A stretch of DNA of 64,000 bases from Somniosus microcephalus (lineage: Eukaryota). Within the stretch, counting starts at the first letter, position 1. Every line of letters starts with the position of its first letter. The notes under the pieces are model-generated. The model was not told the DNA's origin. It saw nothing but the letters and a program-made list of their open reading frames with translations, and made no database searches. Of this stretch, positions 1 through 12,091 are shown piece by piece. Location of the stretch: the NCBI GenBank assembly GCA_052327205.1, contig CM126230.1, positions 21,638,001 through 21,702,000 of the forward strand. Direction: 5' to 3'. A program made the translations under genes and the position numbers.

Positions 1-130
1 ATGCGCCACATGAGCCTCCTCCCAACTTATTCATCTCACCCTATCAACATATCCTTCTATTCCTTTCTCCCACATGTACATATCTAGCTTCCCTTTAAAT
101 ACATCTGTACTATTCCCCTCAACCACACCA
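1..130 (-). mobile_element. CR1-type LINE 3' fragment (continues at ~640-750 after a nested LINE)
   Basis: Reverse complement resembles the CR1 ORF2 end/3' UTR seen elsewhere in the window (e.g. 11005-11187, 35920-36100). Confidence 0.6.
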
Positions 131-132
131 TG

Positions 133-631
133 TTTTTTTTTCCGTTCATGTGATGTGGGTGTCGCTGGCAAGGCCAGCATTTATTGCCCATCCCTAATTG
201 CCCTTGAGAAGGTGGTGGTGAGCCGCCTTCTTGAACCGCTGCAGTCCGTGTGGTGAATGTACTCCCACAGTGCTATTAGGTAGGGAGTGCCAGGATTTTG
301 ACCCAGCGACGATGAAGGAATGGCGATATACTTCCAAGTCAGGATGGTGTGTGACTTGGAGGGGAACTTGGAGGTGGTGGTGTTCCCATGAGCCTGCTGC
401 CCTTGTCCTTCTAGGTGGAAGAGGTCGCGGGTTTGGGAGGTGCTGCCGAAGAAGCCTTGGCGAGTTGCTGCAGTGCATCCTGTAGATGGTACACACTGCA
501 GCCACGGTGCGCCAGTGGTGGAGGGAGTGAATGTTTAAGGTGGTGGATGGGGCGCCAATCAAGCGGGCTGCTTTGTCCTGGATGGTGTCGAGCTTCTTGA
601 ATGTGTTGGAGCTGCACTCATCCAGGCAAGT
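133..631 (-). mobile_element. Non-LTR retrotransposon 3' end (CR1/L2-group RT C-terminus)
   Basis: ORF 194-562 (LNIHSLHHWRTVAAVCTIYRMHC) resembles an RT C-terminal thumb region; T-tract tail at ~133-142; near-identical copy at 19165-19730. Confidence 0.75.
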
Positions 632-1361
632 GTGACAGCATGCTACATATTTTCAACACTCTCTGAGTAAAGAAGTTTCTCCTGAATCCCTTATTGGATT
701 GATTGGTGACTATCTTATATTTATGGCTCCTAGTTTTAGACTCCCCAAGAAAGATAAGAAAGAATTCAACTGATTTTTATTTCTATATAAATGCAAGTTC
801 TTTCTTTAAAAGTAAAAACAATGCTTTCAGATAAAGTAAATGTCCAAAAAAAATGATCAATGAAGCAAAGTGCAGGACATAAATTCTACAAATATAACAG
901 GTTGTTTTACTGAAAACCCCCTGTTCACAGATTTAAAAAATCAACAGATGAGCCCATTTTAAAGAACTGCCCTGCCTGGTTGGAGCCATTAGGGTGATAC
1001 TTGTAAATTAGATTCCTTCAAGTATTGCCTCAATTTCTGTCGGCTTTTTCACACTATTGTTGTACATTTACAGTCATATGACGAGCAGATACTCAAGGGT
1101 CTCACATCCCCAGAACTTACTTGAGCGACCCGGGGAGTTCTTGTGCTGATGGTCATTATATCCTCCAGGTAAATTCCAACATGTAGTCATGCATTGGATC
1201 CTCCACTTCATGGGGACACCTTCCTTTCCTCTGAGGTATTACTTTAGGGACGTGTAACACAAGATAGTGGCCAACCAATCAAAATGGGTGGGTCTCTCAA
1301 GAGCTGGGTAAATAAGGTTCTGCTGTTTACATACTATCAGAGAAGGTGGCTGCACAATTCA

Positions 1362-1838
1362 CTCATCTACCCTCCGTAAACTTGAGGTCATCCAAAACTC
1401 TGCTGCCCGTGTCCTAACTCGCACCAAGTCCTGTTCACCCATCAGCCCTGTGCTCGCTGACCCAATTCGCACCCAGTTAAGCAAGGCCTCGATTTTAAAA
1501 TTCTCACCCTTGCTTTCAAATCCCTCCATGGCCTCGCCCCTCTCTATCTCTAACCTCCCCCAGCCCTCCGAGATATCTGCACTCCTCTAATTCAGGCCTC
1601 TTGAGCATCCCTGATTTTCATCGCTCCACCGTTGGCGGCTGTGCTTTCAGCTGCCAAGGCCCTAAGCTCTGGAATTCCCACCCTAAACCTCTCCGCCTTG
1701 CTGCCTCTCTTTCCTCCTTTAAGACACTCCTTAAAACTTACCTCTCTGCCCTAATATCTCTTTATGTGGCTCGGTGTCAAATTTCGTTTGATAACCTGTG
1801 CAGCGCCTTGGGACATTTTACGATGTTAAAGGTGCTAA
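1362..1838 (+). mobile_element. L2-type LINE 3' fragment; its tail resumes at 6312-6340 after the Harbinger insertion
   Basis: QNSAARVLTRT..PI.PVL-like translation and L2-type tail 'gggacattttac..ttaaaggtgcta..aaatacaagttgttgttgtt'; homologous copy at 28020-28460. Confidence 0.75.
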
Positions 1839-2192
1839 GGGCTAGATTTTCAGTATAGGCAGTTTTGGGGCGCTAACCTTAGCGCCCGCCCGAAGTTAGC
1901 GCCCGCCCCAAAGTAGTGCCCCGTTGCCGGGAATTCAGTGGCTTCGCCCTAAGAGGTTGGTGGAGCGCTAAAAGAGGCGTTCCACTACTATCTTTAGGTG
2001 CTAAGCCGGCGGTCCAGAGGGATAGCGCCCAGGCGGGGCGCAGCGCGGGTGCGGTCATTTTTGGACTGACAGCAGACCCCGTGGCGCCGACCAGCTCTTA
2101 AAGGGGGAAGGGACGAATTGGTCTGCTGCCACGCCCTGCACACTGCAGCCTTGCAAAGAGGCCTCAACACTGCTGCTCAGCCCCAGGGAGTC

Positions 2193-4175
2193 ATGGCAAC
2201 GCCAGAGAAGGCCCGTCAGCGTGCCCTGCGCTTCTCAGAGGGTGATCTGGACATAATGGTCACAGCTCTGGAGGTGAGGCGCAAGATCTTGTTCCCAGAG
2301 AGTGGGAGGAATCCAACCCACCACGACTACACCAAAGCCTGGAAGCAGATCGCCCAGAGGGTGACGTTCACCGGCGATGCCCCCAGGACCCACAAACAAT
2401 GTCGTAAAAAATACAACGACCTGACCAGGATTGTCAAGGTGAGTAGCCTTTCCAGTCTCCTCCTCATTCTTGCATGTACACCTGACATGATGGGCAAAGG
2501 GAGCTGAAAGTCCTATTGGCCAGCCCTCAGCCAGCAGCATTGGGACAGTCATGAGCATCAAATGGCCATTCGGCACTCTACACTTTGGCCAAGCTATTCC
2601 ACCATGGGAGGCTGTGCACACTACATCAGGGCTTCACTCTGGCCAAGCTATTCCACCATGGGAGGCTGTGCACACTACATCAGGGCTTCACTCTGGCCAA
2701 GCTATTCCACCATGGGAGGCTGTGCACACTACATCAGGGCTTCACTCTGGCCAAGCTATTCCACCATGGGAGGCAGTGCACACTACATCAGGGCTTCACT
2801 CTGGCCAAGCTATTCCACCATGGGAGGCAGTGCACACTACATCAGGGCTTCACTCTGGCCAAGCTATTCCACCATGGGAGGCAGTGCACACTACATCAGG
2901 GCTACACTGCGCACTTACAGCCCGTCCTTTCTCTTGCAGGCTAAAGTAGCCTTTAATCGCCAGGCCCGTGCCAGGGGTGGCCGCGCCAAGCTGCAGAAGC
3001 TCACTCGGCTGGAGGAGCGCGTGTGTGTGCTCATGGGAGCCCGTGTGATCGTCCCCACAGCGTGCGGAGTATCCGACCCTCCACTGCCCGGCAATGGTAA
3101 GGACCTCGCCTTTTGGCCCTCTCGCGTCGCACTGGCCCATCCGAGCTACCTCCTTTGCCACTGTCCCACCAATGCGCTGAATGCCACCAGTCCTAACTCC
3201 CTCGCTGACGCCGTCTCCTCACTCTGAAGCTACTCTTGTGCATTCCTGCTTTCAGCTGGTGACGACCAGGACCCTGAAGCTGCCAGTGACAGCACCTCTG
3301 AGCAGGAGGAGGAGGAGGAGCAAGCCGGACCATCGGGGGAACAGTCACGTCCCGCAGGAGAGGAGGAAATGCTTGACACCTCCTCACTGGACGAGTGCCT
3401 GGAGGAACTGTCGCAGGGCAATGCAGCTTCTGGGACCAGTGGCGTCCAGCCACCCAGGAGCCGTGCGTGTGGCCCGCGGCCTTCCCCCCAAAGGGGGGAA
3501 GGATCAGAGGGGAGTGCTGCTGATCGGCACACTCGCCGCCACCAACGTGGCAAGGGTCCCTTAGTTCGGCCCCCTCCTCCCCAGCGGGAGAGTCGCGACT
3601 CCAGTCCGGACACCTTCACCTCGGAGGAGGTGCGGAAGCTGGATAAGATGGCCGAGGATTCGGACCGGCGCCACACGGAGCTCATGAGCGTGGTGGGGCA
3701 CATGCCTGAGGCCATCGAGTCGCTGGCGACCAGTGTGCGCGAGTTCGGGGCAGCAACTGGCGCGAGTGGCCGCATGCTGACTGATGCCGTCAAGACCCTG
3801 GCGGATGTGATGCGCGCGCACACCAGGACAACAGGGGCACTCACTGCTGCCACATGCGCTGTCTCAGGCAGGCATCGCCAGGGCAGCCGCCGCGCTGGAC
3901 CATCCCAGCAAGCCGCCCCTCGGCTAATTGTTGCGGATCCTGCAGTGCGGGCCCGGCCGAGTGCCACCGCGCCACAGCACCAGCCAGCGCATCCCAGATG
4001 CCAGCTGGCCCACATTGCGCCATCCGTCGCCGCCATTCCCCCACTGGGGCGTCAAGGGCAAGCGGCTGTAGCTGATGGTGGCCAGGCTCAGGTGCGCCAC
4101 TCAGCAGACGGCCCCTCGAGGCCCAAACGCCGTGTAGGCCGCCCCCCCAGCGGCATCTGGCGGAAGGGCATCTGA
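2193..4175 (+). CDS. Harbinger Myb/SANT (trihelix) DNA-binding protein, 3 predicted exons 2193-2438, 2940-3096, 3256-4175 (~440 aa)
   Basis: Exon 1 RFSEGDL..AWKQIAQRV..RTHKQCRKKYNDL is a MADF/Myb-SANT motif; GT-AG sites (aag|gtgagt, ttgcag|, atg|gtaagg, ttcag|) join in frame to ORF 3369-4175 without stops. Confidence 0.85.
2587..2905. repeat. 54-bp minisatellite, ~6 copies, in intron 1 of the Myb gene
   Basis: Unit ggccaagctattccaccatgggaggc(t/a)gtgcacactacatcagggcttcactct starts at 2587, 2641, 2695, 2749, 2803, 2857. Confidence 0.95.
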
Positions 4176-4659
4176 GCCTCAGGCACCTTCCCCCAGCCTC
4201 GCAGCAGCCACTGGGCAGAGCTTGCGAAGGAGCAGCAGGCCGGGCAGGGGAGGCAAAAGGCTGGGCAAGGTCTCGTCCTCGCGGGCCACTCAGTAGAGGG
4301 TGTGGCCAGCTTTCCTTTTATATGGCGGTGGCCATCTTTATTTTGCCCATGGTTGTGTTGTTGGAGGGCTTATTTTTTGCGTTAGGCCGACGTTGAGGCC
4401 CGGTTTGAAGAAAGGTGGAGTGACTCCTCCCCAGTTTGTGGGAGTGAGTCGTTTGTTGGGCTTTTTGTGGGGCCCATTTATTGTTTTTGGGGATTCATGT
4501 GGGAAGGGCTTTTCATTTTTGTGTAATAAAAAATTATCTTTATTCATGCAGTCTCCATGGTTGTTCTTCTTAGTGTTTGTTGGCTTCGCCGGCTGAGGGC
4601 TTGCGGAGCGCCTGCATTCATCTTCCCTCATGGCCCCTGGCCATTCCCTGACAGGGGGC

Positions 4660-5811
4660 TTAGAAGTACCGTGTAATAAGGTGGCGTCGTGCGGCCCTTG
4701 GCCCTGGTCGCTCCCTCCTGGGAACGTACTCCTGCTCCTCCTCCTCCTCCTCCTCATGCTCCTCCTGCTCCTCCTCCTGAGGTGCTGGTCCAACGTCAGG
4801 TGGCAGTGCCTGAGTCCTGCGGATAGCCAGGTTGTGTAGCATGCAGCAAACCACCACAAATTGGGAGACCCGGTCCGGCGAATACTGGAGAGCTCCTCCG
4901 GAGCGATCAAGGCAGCGGAACCGCTGCTTGAGGACCCCAATAGTTAGCTCGATGATGTTATGGGTGGTTTGATGGCTCTCGTTGTAGGCCTCTTCAGCAG
5001 CGGTCCTGGGCGCGCGGAGCGGGGTCATGAGCCAGGTGCACAAAGGATAGCCTTTGTCCCCGAGTAGCCATCCTCTTGGGGGAGGCTGTGCCTGGAACAT
5101 GTCATGCACAGTACTCTGCCGCAGGATAAAGGCATCGTGGCTGCTGCCTGGGAAGCTGGCATTGACTGCCATGATGCGCTGCTTGTGGTCACAGACCAGC
5201 TGCACATTCAGAGAATGGTAGCCCTTCCTGTTGCGATACTGCTCGCCATGCTCCAGAGGGGCCCGCAAAGCCACATGCGTACAGTCAATGGCGCCCTGCA
5301 CCAAGGGGAATTCCCCGAGTCTGGAAAATCCCAATGCGCGCTGATGCTGGCTCTCCAGGGCCATGGGGAAGGAGATGAATTGGCTTCTCCTTCTGAACAG
5401 TGCTTCGGTCACCTGGCAGATGCAGCGATGCGCGCCGTACTGGGAGATGTTTGCTATGTCCCCAGCAGCGTATTGGAAGGAGCCGGTGGCATAGAAGTTC
5501 AATGCCACCGTCACCTTCACTTCCACCGACAGAGACGTCCTGCACCTGAGCTTTGGCCGCAGATCTTGGCGAAGCAGGTGGCAGATCTCTGCAATCACCT
5601 CCTTTCGGAATCGGAGCCTTTTAACACATCGCGCGGCACTCATGTTTAGGTAGGAGCGCTGCTGGCGGTATAGCCTGACTGGGTAAGGCCTACGTGGCCG
5701 ACGCCTGTAGCCCCCTCTGCCTCTAGCCAGGGCTGCCCCTCTCACAATGCGTCTGCGAGCCCTACGGACATGGAGCTGCAGCTCCGCGTTGGCACCCCAT
5801 GCAACCCCCAT
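4660..5811 (-). CDS. Harbinger DDE transposase (HARBI1-like family), intact
   Basis: Uninterrupted ORF with GAIDCTH, NRKGYHSLNVQ, PGSSHD, LGDKGY, IELTIGVLKQRF, CCMLHN; likely ATG at 5811. Confidence 0.93.
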   Translation of the reverse strand: MGVAWGANAELQLHVRRARRRIVRGAALARGRGGYRRRPRRPYPVRLYRQQRSYLNMSAARCVKRLRFRKEVIAEICHLLRQDLRPKLRCRTSLSVEVKVTVALNFYATGSFQYAAGDIANISQYGAHRCICQVTEALFRRRSQFISFPMALESQHQRALGFSRLGEFPLVQGAIDCTHVALRAPLEHGEQYRNRKGYHSLNVQLVCDHKQRIMAVNASFPGSSHDAFILRQSTVHDMFQAQPPPRGWLLGDKGYPLCTWLMTPLRAPRTAAEEAYNESHQTTHNIIELTIGVLKQRFRCLDRSGGALQYSPDRVSQFVVVCCMLHNLAIRRTQALPPDVGPAPQEEEQEEHEEEEEEEQEYVPRRERPGPRAARRHLITRYF

Positions 5812-6690
5812 CAAATCCTGGCAAACACTCAAATTTCCAAAAGGCCACTTGCAGCGCTCTGGCCTGAGTCCAAAAATACCTGAGCTCTTGCTGCTTGAAA
5901 CCAGTTAGCTATCCTCCTTGTTGTGTCTCCAGAAATGCGTTGCACAAGAGTGTTTTCTGAAAAAAGGCTGGCCTTTATACTGGAGAGCACGTCCCCTTTA
6001 ATTTGCGCCCCCCGGGGCCCACGCTGGTTGTGTTGCGTTCCTTTTTCCAAACGCTCCGGCCGCCAGCCGCACAATGGGGCGGTCCGACTGAAGTTTGGAA
6101 TCGGGGCGCACAAAGGGCGTTGCACGAGGATGTGACGTCATTTTCTGCGCGCGCATCCGGGCGGGCGCTAAACTTTGTGCCGGCGCTAACGGGCAACTTA
6201 ATTTGGGGCGGGGCGCAAACTGCGCTGCGCACGGGCGCTACACGCATAGCGCCCGAAAATCACTTCTCTTAAGGCGCTAACTGCTGGCGCTATCAACTGA
6301 AAATCTAGCCCTAAATAAATACAAGTTGTTGTTGTTGTAGTTGATAAACTGAATGGTCAGATATTACAATCACACTGATCATGTGCAAAATTTTACTAAA
6401 AGCAACACATTGGGCTGGATTTTAATTCAGGGGCGGGCTGGGGTCGTGTAATCCGTATTTCGTGTTATCCACCCGAATCTAAATCGATGTGGGAGATTGA
6501 TGCGAATTTAACTTAATTGGCCAATTGAGTTCCAACGTGTGGGAACCCATGGCCAATGAGTTTTTCCAGTCTGAAAGTCGCCTCCAATGACGTCATCATT
6601 GCTGCTGCATTTAAGGTCTGCAACAAGCCTTGCTTCTTCTGCAGACTGCCAAGCTTTTGGCCTTTCATGCTACAGGGACCTGGAGGAAGA

Positions 6691-8610
6691 ATGACCAGCT
6701 AGAGACCTAGGTCTGCCCCCAGGTTTGATGACGTTGCCTTGCAGGCTTTAGTTGAGGGAGCAAGAGCTCATAAAGAGGTGCTCTTCCCTTCTTCAGGGAG
6801 GAAGAAGCCTCTCCAGCAGACCAAGGCTGTGTGGGTCCAGGTGGCAGAGGAGGTCAACTCATTATCAGTAACCCGCAGAACCTGGATTCAATGCAGGAAG
6901 AGATTTCATGACCTTCTGCGCACTGGAAAAGTGAGTATGGATTTCCCATCACCCTCAATCTGATCCCCATTGCCTTTCCTCACCAGCACTCAGCTTTAGC
7001 AATCTCTTCTTCCACATCCCACTTGACACAGACATCCATGCACCCTTACCCATTCCCTCTCTCTCTATGCTCATATTCACCTAACTATTCGACTATGCAG
7101 CCCTCACACTCCCTATCACTGTGATGCTATGAAAACAACTGACAACACACAGGGAGGGCCCATGGTCTTTCCACCTCACTCCATCTTTGTCTCCTTCTAA
7201 GTATCTATGCTATGGAATCTCTACACTCACTCCTTCATTCTCACTCAACCTCCACTTGTCTCCCTTATTGCAGGCGAAGAGAGCTCACAATAAGTGAGAA
7301 AGAGTGAGGACGGGAGGAGGGCCACCCTCAGTAGCCCACCTCACCTCCTGGGAGGAGGCGGTCCTGGAGATCGTAGGAGTGGAGGAAGATGCACAAGTGG
7401 GGGATGGACAGAGGGGTGCATCACAGCAAGCTGGCGACAGAATAGTTTTCCATCTCTCGCATTGACATTGCATGAGTCACTGATAATGATTCTGAAGCTC
7501 TAACAGATGGACTTATGATCATCTGCAATATGCAAGGTGCATGTAACCTTGGCATCACATCTCTGACTCTTTCCTTTACTCCCTCACAGGACCATCGCAA
7601 GCACCCGTCCCCACTAGCCAGGAGGAACAGCATGAGCCTCTAGACTCCTCAGAGGAAGCTGCAACCTCTGAGGGCGCAGCATCTGCAGAATTCAGCGCAC
7701 CCAGCACCAGCGCAGACACTCACACCTCGGTGGGACCTTCGGGACACAGAGTATGGTGTATCACAGCTCACAAGTGAGCATCAGCAGATTGTGGAGACAG
7801 GGAAAGCAGTGGAGAGTCCTCATCGGAGGGCGCAGGACTCTGCCAGCTCGGCTCAGCTGCATGTCGAACCTCTGCCTCTGGGTCCATCCATAAGATCAGC
7901 GGTGCTAGAACTCCAGGAACAGATGCAGGAGTCTCTGGCAGGTTTTGTCTCCAGGGTCGCTGCGAGTGTGGAGCGAATGGAGGAGTCCATAGCAAACATG
8001 AGCAGAGCCTTTGTGGAGTCATTGGCACATGAACGCATCACCATGGAAAGGATGGCAACCTCCATGGAGGTGATAAGTCGCCAGAGTGCAGAAAACATGG
8101 TGAGTGTTCAGAATAGAATGACATCTCTGGAGGAGCGATGGTCATCTATTGAACAGAGAAACCAGACCTTCATGGAAGTCCTTCTGAGTAGGACTGCCAG
8201 TGCAGATATGGGTCCCCATGGCCCCCCTGATGTGCAGCAAGGTGCTCTCAAGCCACTTGCAAGCGCTGAGGGGGACCTGACCCATGAGAGGGAAGTTGGT
8301 GGCAGACATCAAGGAAGTGGGGGCTCCTCTCCAAGCGCTCACACTTCCATGCCACTGCAGAGCTCGGTCAGAGCCCCACCAGAGTCCACACCCATCTGAT
8401 ATCGGCGTCTCAACCCCTGCACAGCCGCAGGAGCAACAGACTGTTGCCGAGCCCTCACAGGTTCACAACCCCAGAGGACGCCCGCCAAAGGTGTCGAGAG
8501 AGGAGCAGCAGGAAAGTGAGCAAGGGACCTTGACATCTGCTGAAGCCACAGGGGAAGCAGCACGTAAGAGCACAAATAGTCACAAGGGTAGCCACAAGGG
8601 TGAAATTTGA
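6691..8610 (+). pseudogene. Harbinger Myb/SANT gene with in-frame stops
   Basis: Exon 1 PRFDDVALQALV..VWVQVAEEV..RTWIQCRKRFHDL to donor at 6931; TAG at 6700-6702; exon 2 from 7274 has TGA at 7295-7297; coiled-coil-like last exon (ORF 7791-8399). Confidence 0.8.
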
Positions 8611-8836
8611 TGTTTTCTGTGAAAAAACCATCAGGTGAATAATGTAAATAAAAAATCTGATGGCTACTGCTATAGTTGTGGCGTGTGTCATTTCGTGAAT
8701 GGGACTTTCACATTGAGGGCTAAGGATTACTTGCAATTGTCAGTATGGTGGTCAAATTGCTAGGAATCCACTGGTCCTTGGCCATTGTCGATGCTCAGGT
8801 AAGAAGCTGCGAGGCAAAAGTGCTTGATTGGCTAGG

Positions 8837-10081
8837 CTAAGCAAATCTGGCCAAGATGAGTGCGTTCCTTGCATCCCGGGCAGCTATGTTCTCGCGTACT
8901 GCTGCCGCTGGTTGATGGGCCTCTGCAAGATACTCGTTTTCGCTCTCCTCCTCCTCCTCCGAGGAGGAGGAGGAGGATATGTGACGAGCCACTTGGTCCT
9001 CAGGAATCTGCAAGCCACGACGCTGTGCCATGTTGTGAAGTGCACAGCAAACCACGATGATTCTGGCGACCCTGGCTGCTGAGTACTGCAGGGCTCCACC
9101 TGATCTATCCAGGCATCTGAAGCGCATCTTCAGCAAACCGATGGTTTGCTCGATTATGGCTCTGGTGGACATGTGGCTGGAGTTGTAGCTCTCCTCAGCT
9201 TCGTTGGATGGGCTCCTCAACGGCGTCATTAGCCATGTCTTCAGGGGATAGCCCTTGTCTCCAAGTAGCCCTCCATTAAGTTGGTCTGGCAGACTGAATA
9301 GCGGAGGCACACTAGACTGGTGCAGTATGAAGGAGTCATGGCAACTGCCAGGGTACTTGGCACAAACATGCAAAATTTCCTTCTTGTGGTCACACACCAG
9401 CTGAACGTTAAGGGAGTGGAAGCCCTTGCGGTTGACAAAAATACCTGCATTGCGATGGGGTGCCTTAAGGGCCACATGTGTGCAGTCAACGACGCCCTGT
9501 ACCCTTGGAAAGCCTGCCAGATTAGCTAATCCAACCGCACGCGCCGTGACACTTGCTTGATCCTTGGTGAAATGGATGTGATTGTGCGCGATGGCAAAGA
9601 GGGCATCGGTTACCTGCGTGATGCAAGTGTGTGCAGCCGCCTGGGAGATGCCGCTGATGTCTGCTGCTGATCCCTGGAATGAGCCAGAGGCAAAAAAGTT
9701 GAGTGCGGTGGTGACTTTGATGGCCACTGGTAAGAGTTGTCCACCTGGTCCTCTGGCCTGCAGGTCTTGTTGCAGCATTGCGCAGATGTCACCCACTACC
9801 TCTCGCAAAAGTTGGAGCCACCTTTGGCACTGCTGCTCAGACATGTTGAGGTAGCTGACCCTGTGTCTGTAGACCCTGTTTGGGGGGTATCTCCTGTGCC
9901 AACGGGCTTCCATGCACTGGCCCCTTCTGGCCTGTGCAGCTTCAGGTGGGTGAGCAGCAGCTTGGCGCTCCTGCTGGTGCTGCTGCTGTTGGTGCTGCTG
10001 TTGTTCCTGGTTCTGCTGGTGCCGCGGCTGGTCTTCGTCCTCATCTAATGTCCAGAAGGGAAGGAAAAAAAGGCCTCCCAT
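8837..10081 (-). CDS. Harbinger DDE transposase, open ORF of 414 aa
   Basis: [48 protein letters not shown] motifs; poly-Q N-terminus. Confidence 0.9.
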   Translation of the reverse strand: MGGLFFLPFWTLDEDEDQPRHQQNQEQQQHQQQQHQQERQAAAHPPEAAQARRGQCMEARWHRRYPPNRVYRHRVSYLNMSEQQCQRWLQLLREVVGDICAMLQQDLQARGPGGQLLPVAIKVTTALNFFASGSFQGSAADISGISQAAAHTCITQVTDALFAIAHNHIHFTKDQASVTARAVGLANLAGFPRVQGVVDCTHVALKAPHRNAGIFVNRKGFHSLNVQLVCDHKKEILHVCAKYPGSCHDSFILHQSSVPPLFSLPDQLNGGLLGDKGYPLKTWLMTPLRSPSNEAEESYNSSHMSTRAIIEQTIGLLKMRFRCLDRSGGALQYSAARVARIIVVCCALHNMAQRRGLQIPEDQVARHISSSSSSEEEEESENEYLAEAHQPAAAVRENIAARDARNALILARFA

Positions 10082-11004
10082 GCTTCTGGTAGATGCCTCA
10101 GTTGAGGAAGCGCTCAGTGAAGGTGGCGAGAGGGGTTTCCCAGGAGGTCACACTGGAGATGGGTGTCAGGCTCCAAACTTCCACAGCTGTGGTTATGCCT
10201 TCTAAAAGTTCCCCCAGACCTGAGACTACAAAGTCCTGCCACCTGCAAATGATGGCTGATCAAATCTCCTCTTTAATGGTTGAGCTGCAGCTGATAGTCA
10301 GCAATCCAATGGTGCTCCTACCAGGTTTCACCGTCGTGTTTCAGAACAGGCGTGTTTCACGTGGGAAAAGGGTTAAAATTGCAAAGGCCTTTCAAAATGG
10401 CATTATAGAGGCAATTTAGTGCTTGTTAAGGGCCTTAAGGGCCTATCCCGCCTCTTGGAGGCGGGACGGAGATAGGACCATTAGACACGAATTAATGAAA
10501 ATTGCTTGGAGGCAGGGTTGGGCCTGCATGGCAGTTTTTGCAATTTTAACCCCACACACGCCTCCAATCCCGCCTCCACGGCCCAATGAAAATCCTGCCC
10601 ATTGTCTCACCGTACATGAAAGCCACCATTTTCTTAAAGGGATAGCGCATTCTAAACCTGGCCTGAAATAGAAGAAAAATGTAGATCTTTTTTCAGAAAG
10701 ATTGATCTAGAAGATTACATAATATATCATTTGGCAATGCACTTTTAGTTTTGAATCAAATTAGGTTAAAATAAATTATCAGGCAATATTTAGCAAAACC
10801 ATGGGGATTATTTGTAAAGCTAATGTGTGAAAGCTAACTCAGAGTATAGCATATAGCTGAACTAATGTCAAATATCTATAGCATAGTAAAAATCTTAATG
10901 CACTTCCTACAAGGCCGTACTTGCTGTCATCATGTTTTTGTCACAGTTTTTCTGTTACAAATTGCTATGTCCATATTTATAATGGAAACTGCTTATGTAT
11001 TATG

Positions 11005-11187
11005 GAATAGTATAGATGCATTTAAGGGGAGGCTAGATAAGCATATGAGGGAGAAGGGAATAGAGGGTTATGCTGATAGAGTTAGATGAGGAAAGACGGG
11101 AGGAGGCTCGAGTGGAGGTTAAACGCTGGCATGGACTGGTTGGGCTGAATGGCCTGTGCTGTATATCCTATGTAATCCTATGTAAAC
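11005..11187 (+). mobile_element. CR1 LINE 3' end
   Basis: NSIDAFKGRLDKHMREKGIEGY translation; 3' hairpin and repeated 'tcctatgtaa' tail. Confidence 0.75.
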
Positions 11188-11862
11188 TTGTCACCCTGTA
11201 ATTGCACCCTGCTGCCAGTGGTGGTGCTGTACCTCTCTGTTGCATCTGAAGCTCCTCAGCCTGTATTTAGAGAAATTCCTATGCTCCAACGAAATCTACT
11301 TCTCTGCTTCCTAAATTGTCACATGATTTACTATTTAAATAACATAACATTAAACAATATAAATATAAGGACAGAATTAAAATGGGACTGCGTTACATTT
11401 GCATTCCTTGCTGCAATTATCCCCACCCTTTAATCTTGTTTTATCTGAAGACTACACTTGGTCTTAACTCCCCATGTGCAAGGCCATGGGAGATTGATTA
11501 GTATTTTACCTAAACAGTTGGCCCTGCTTGTTTGAAAAGCAAAGGAAACTGGGGCTGCATCTCATTCAACCAGCAACGATAGGCTAGACCAAGGCCATTG
11601 GTCTATGAACTGACAGCAGGGGGAAATGAAGGTAAACATTGGGTTCCCTACAGCTGTAACTCAGTGGGTAGCACTCTCGCCTCTGAGTCAGAGGTTCAGG
11701 GTTCAAGTCCCACTCCAGAGACTCAAGCACATAAATCTAGGCAGACACTCCAGTGCAGTGCTGAGGGAGTGCTTCACTGTCGGAGGTGCTGTCTTTCAGA
11801 TGAGTTGTTAAACTGAGGCCCTGTCGCCTCTCTCAGGTAGGCATAAAAGATCCCATGGCACT

Positions 11863-12091
11863 TGACGTAAGAAAACTACGAGGCACTTGGTCTGAGTATT
11901 AAACAAAGCTTTAATCAACTGTTTTACAACATGGAGATCTAGTTGTGTCCTTCACTAGTTCCTGTTAAAGAATGTCCTGAGCAAGCTGGGCCCATGCCCG
12001 AGTATTTATACTCTCCCTGGACAGCACCACCAGCAGGCCGCCCAGTATTACTTCATAAGTTATTTCCACATGAATGACGAGATTCATGTCA
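11863..12091 (-). mobile_element. Solo LTR (229 bp)
   Basis: TGAC...GTCA ends; 5-bp TSD GCACT (11858-11862, 12092-12096) splitting the SINE; TATA and ATTAAA motifs on the minus strand. Confidence 0.85.

Larger units (their letters stand above)
1839..6311. mobile_element. PIF/Harbinger DNA transposon 1, full length and apparently intact
   Basis: Perfect 16-bp TIRs gggctagattttcagt (1839-1854) / actgaaaatctagccc (6296-6311); TAA TSD (1836-1838, 6312-6314); convergent Myb/SANT and DDE transposase genes. Confidence 0.95.
6412..10600. mobile_element. PIF/Harbinger DNA transposon 2, full length with a decayed Myb gene
   Basis: TIRs gggctggattttaatt / aatgaaaatcctgccc (14/16 match); ATT TSD (6409-6411, 10601-10603); same two-gene layout as element 1. 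Confidence 0.9.

Noticed and set aside
1121-1232. Possible minus-strand host exon (AG..GTAAG, one open frame GKEGVPMKWRIQ..)
   Set aside because: Weak polypyrimidine tract, no recognisable protein and no partner exons
2551-3227. Repeat-protein ORFs and a CRISPR-like look of the 54-bp array
   Set aside because: The units are head-to-tail with no unique spacers, no cas genes are present, and the array is intronic
3230-4036. 268-aa antisense ORF opposite Myb exon 3 (and similar antisense ORFs over the transposases and pol genes)
   Set aside because: These are shadow ORFs of GC-rich coding sequence
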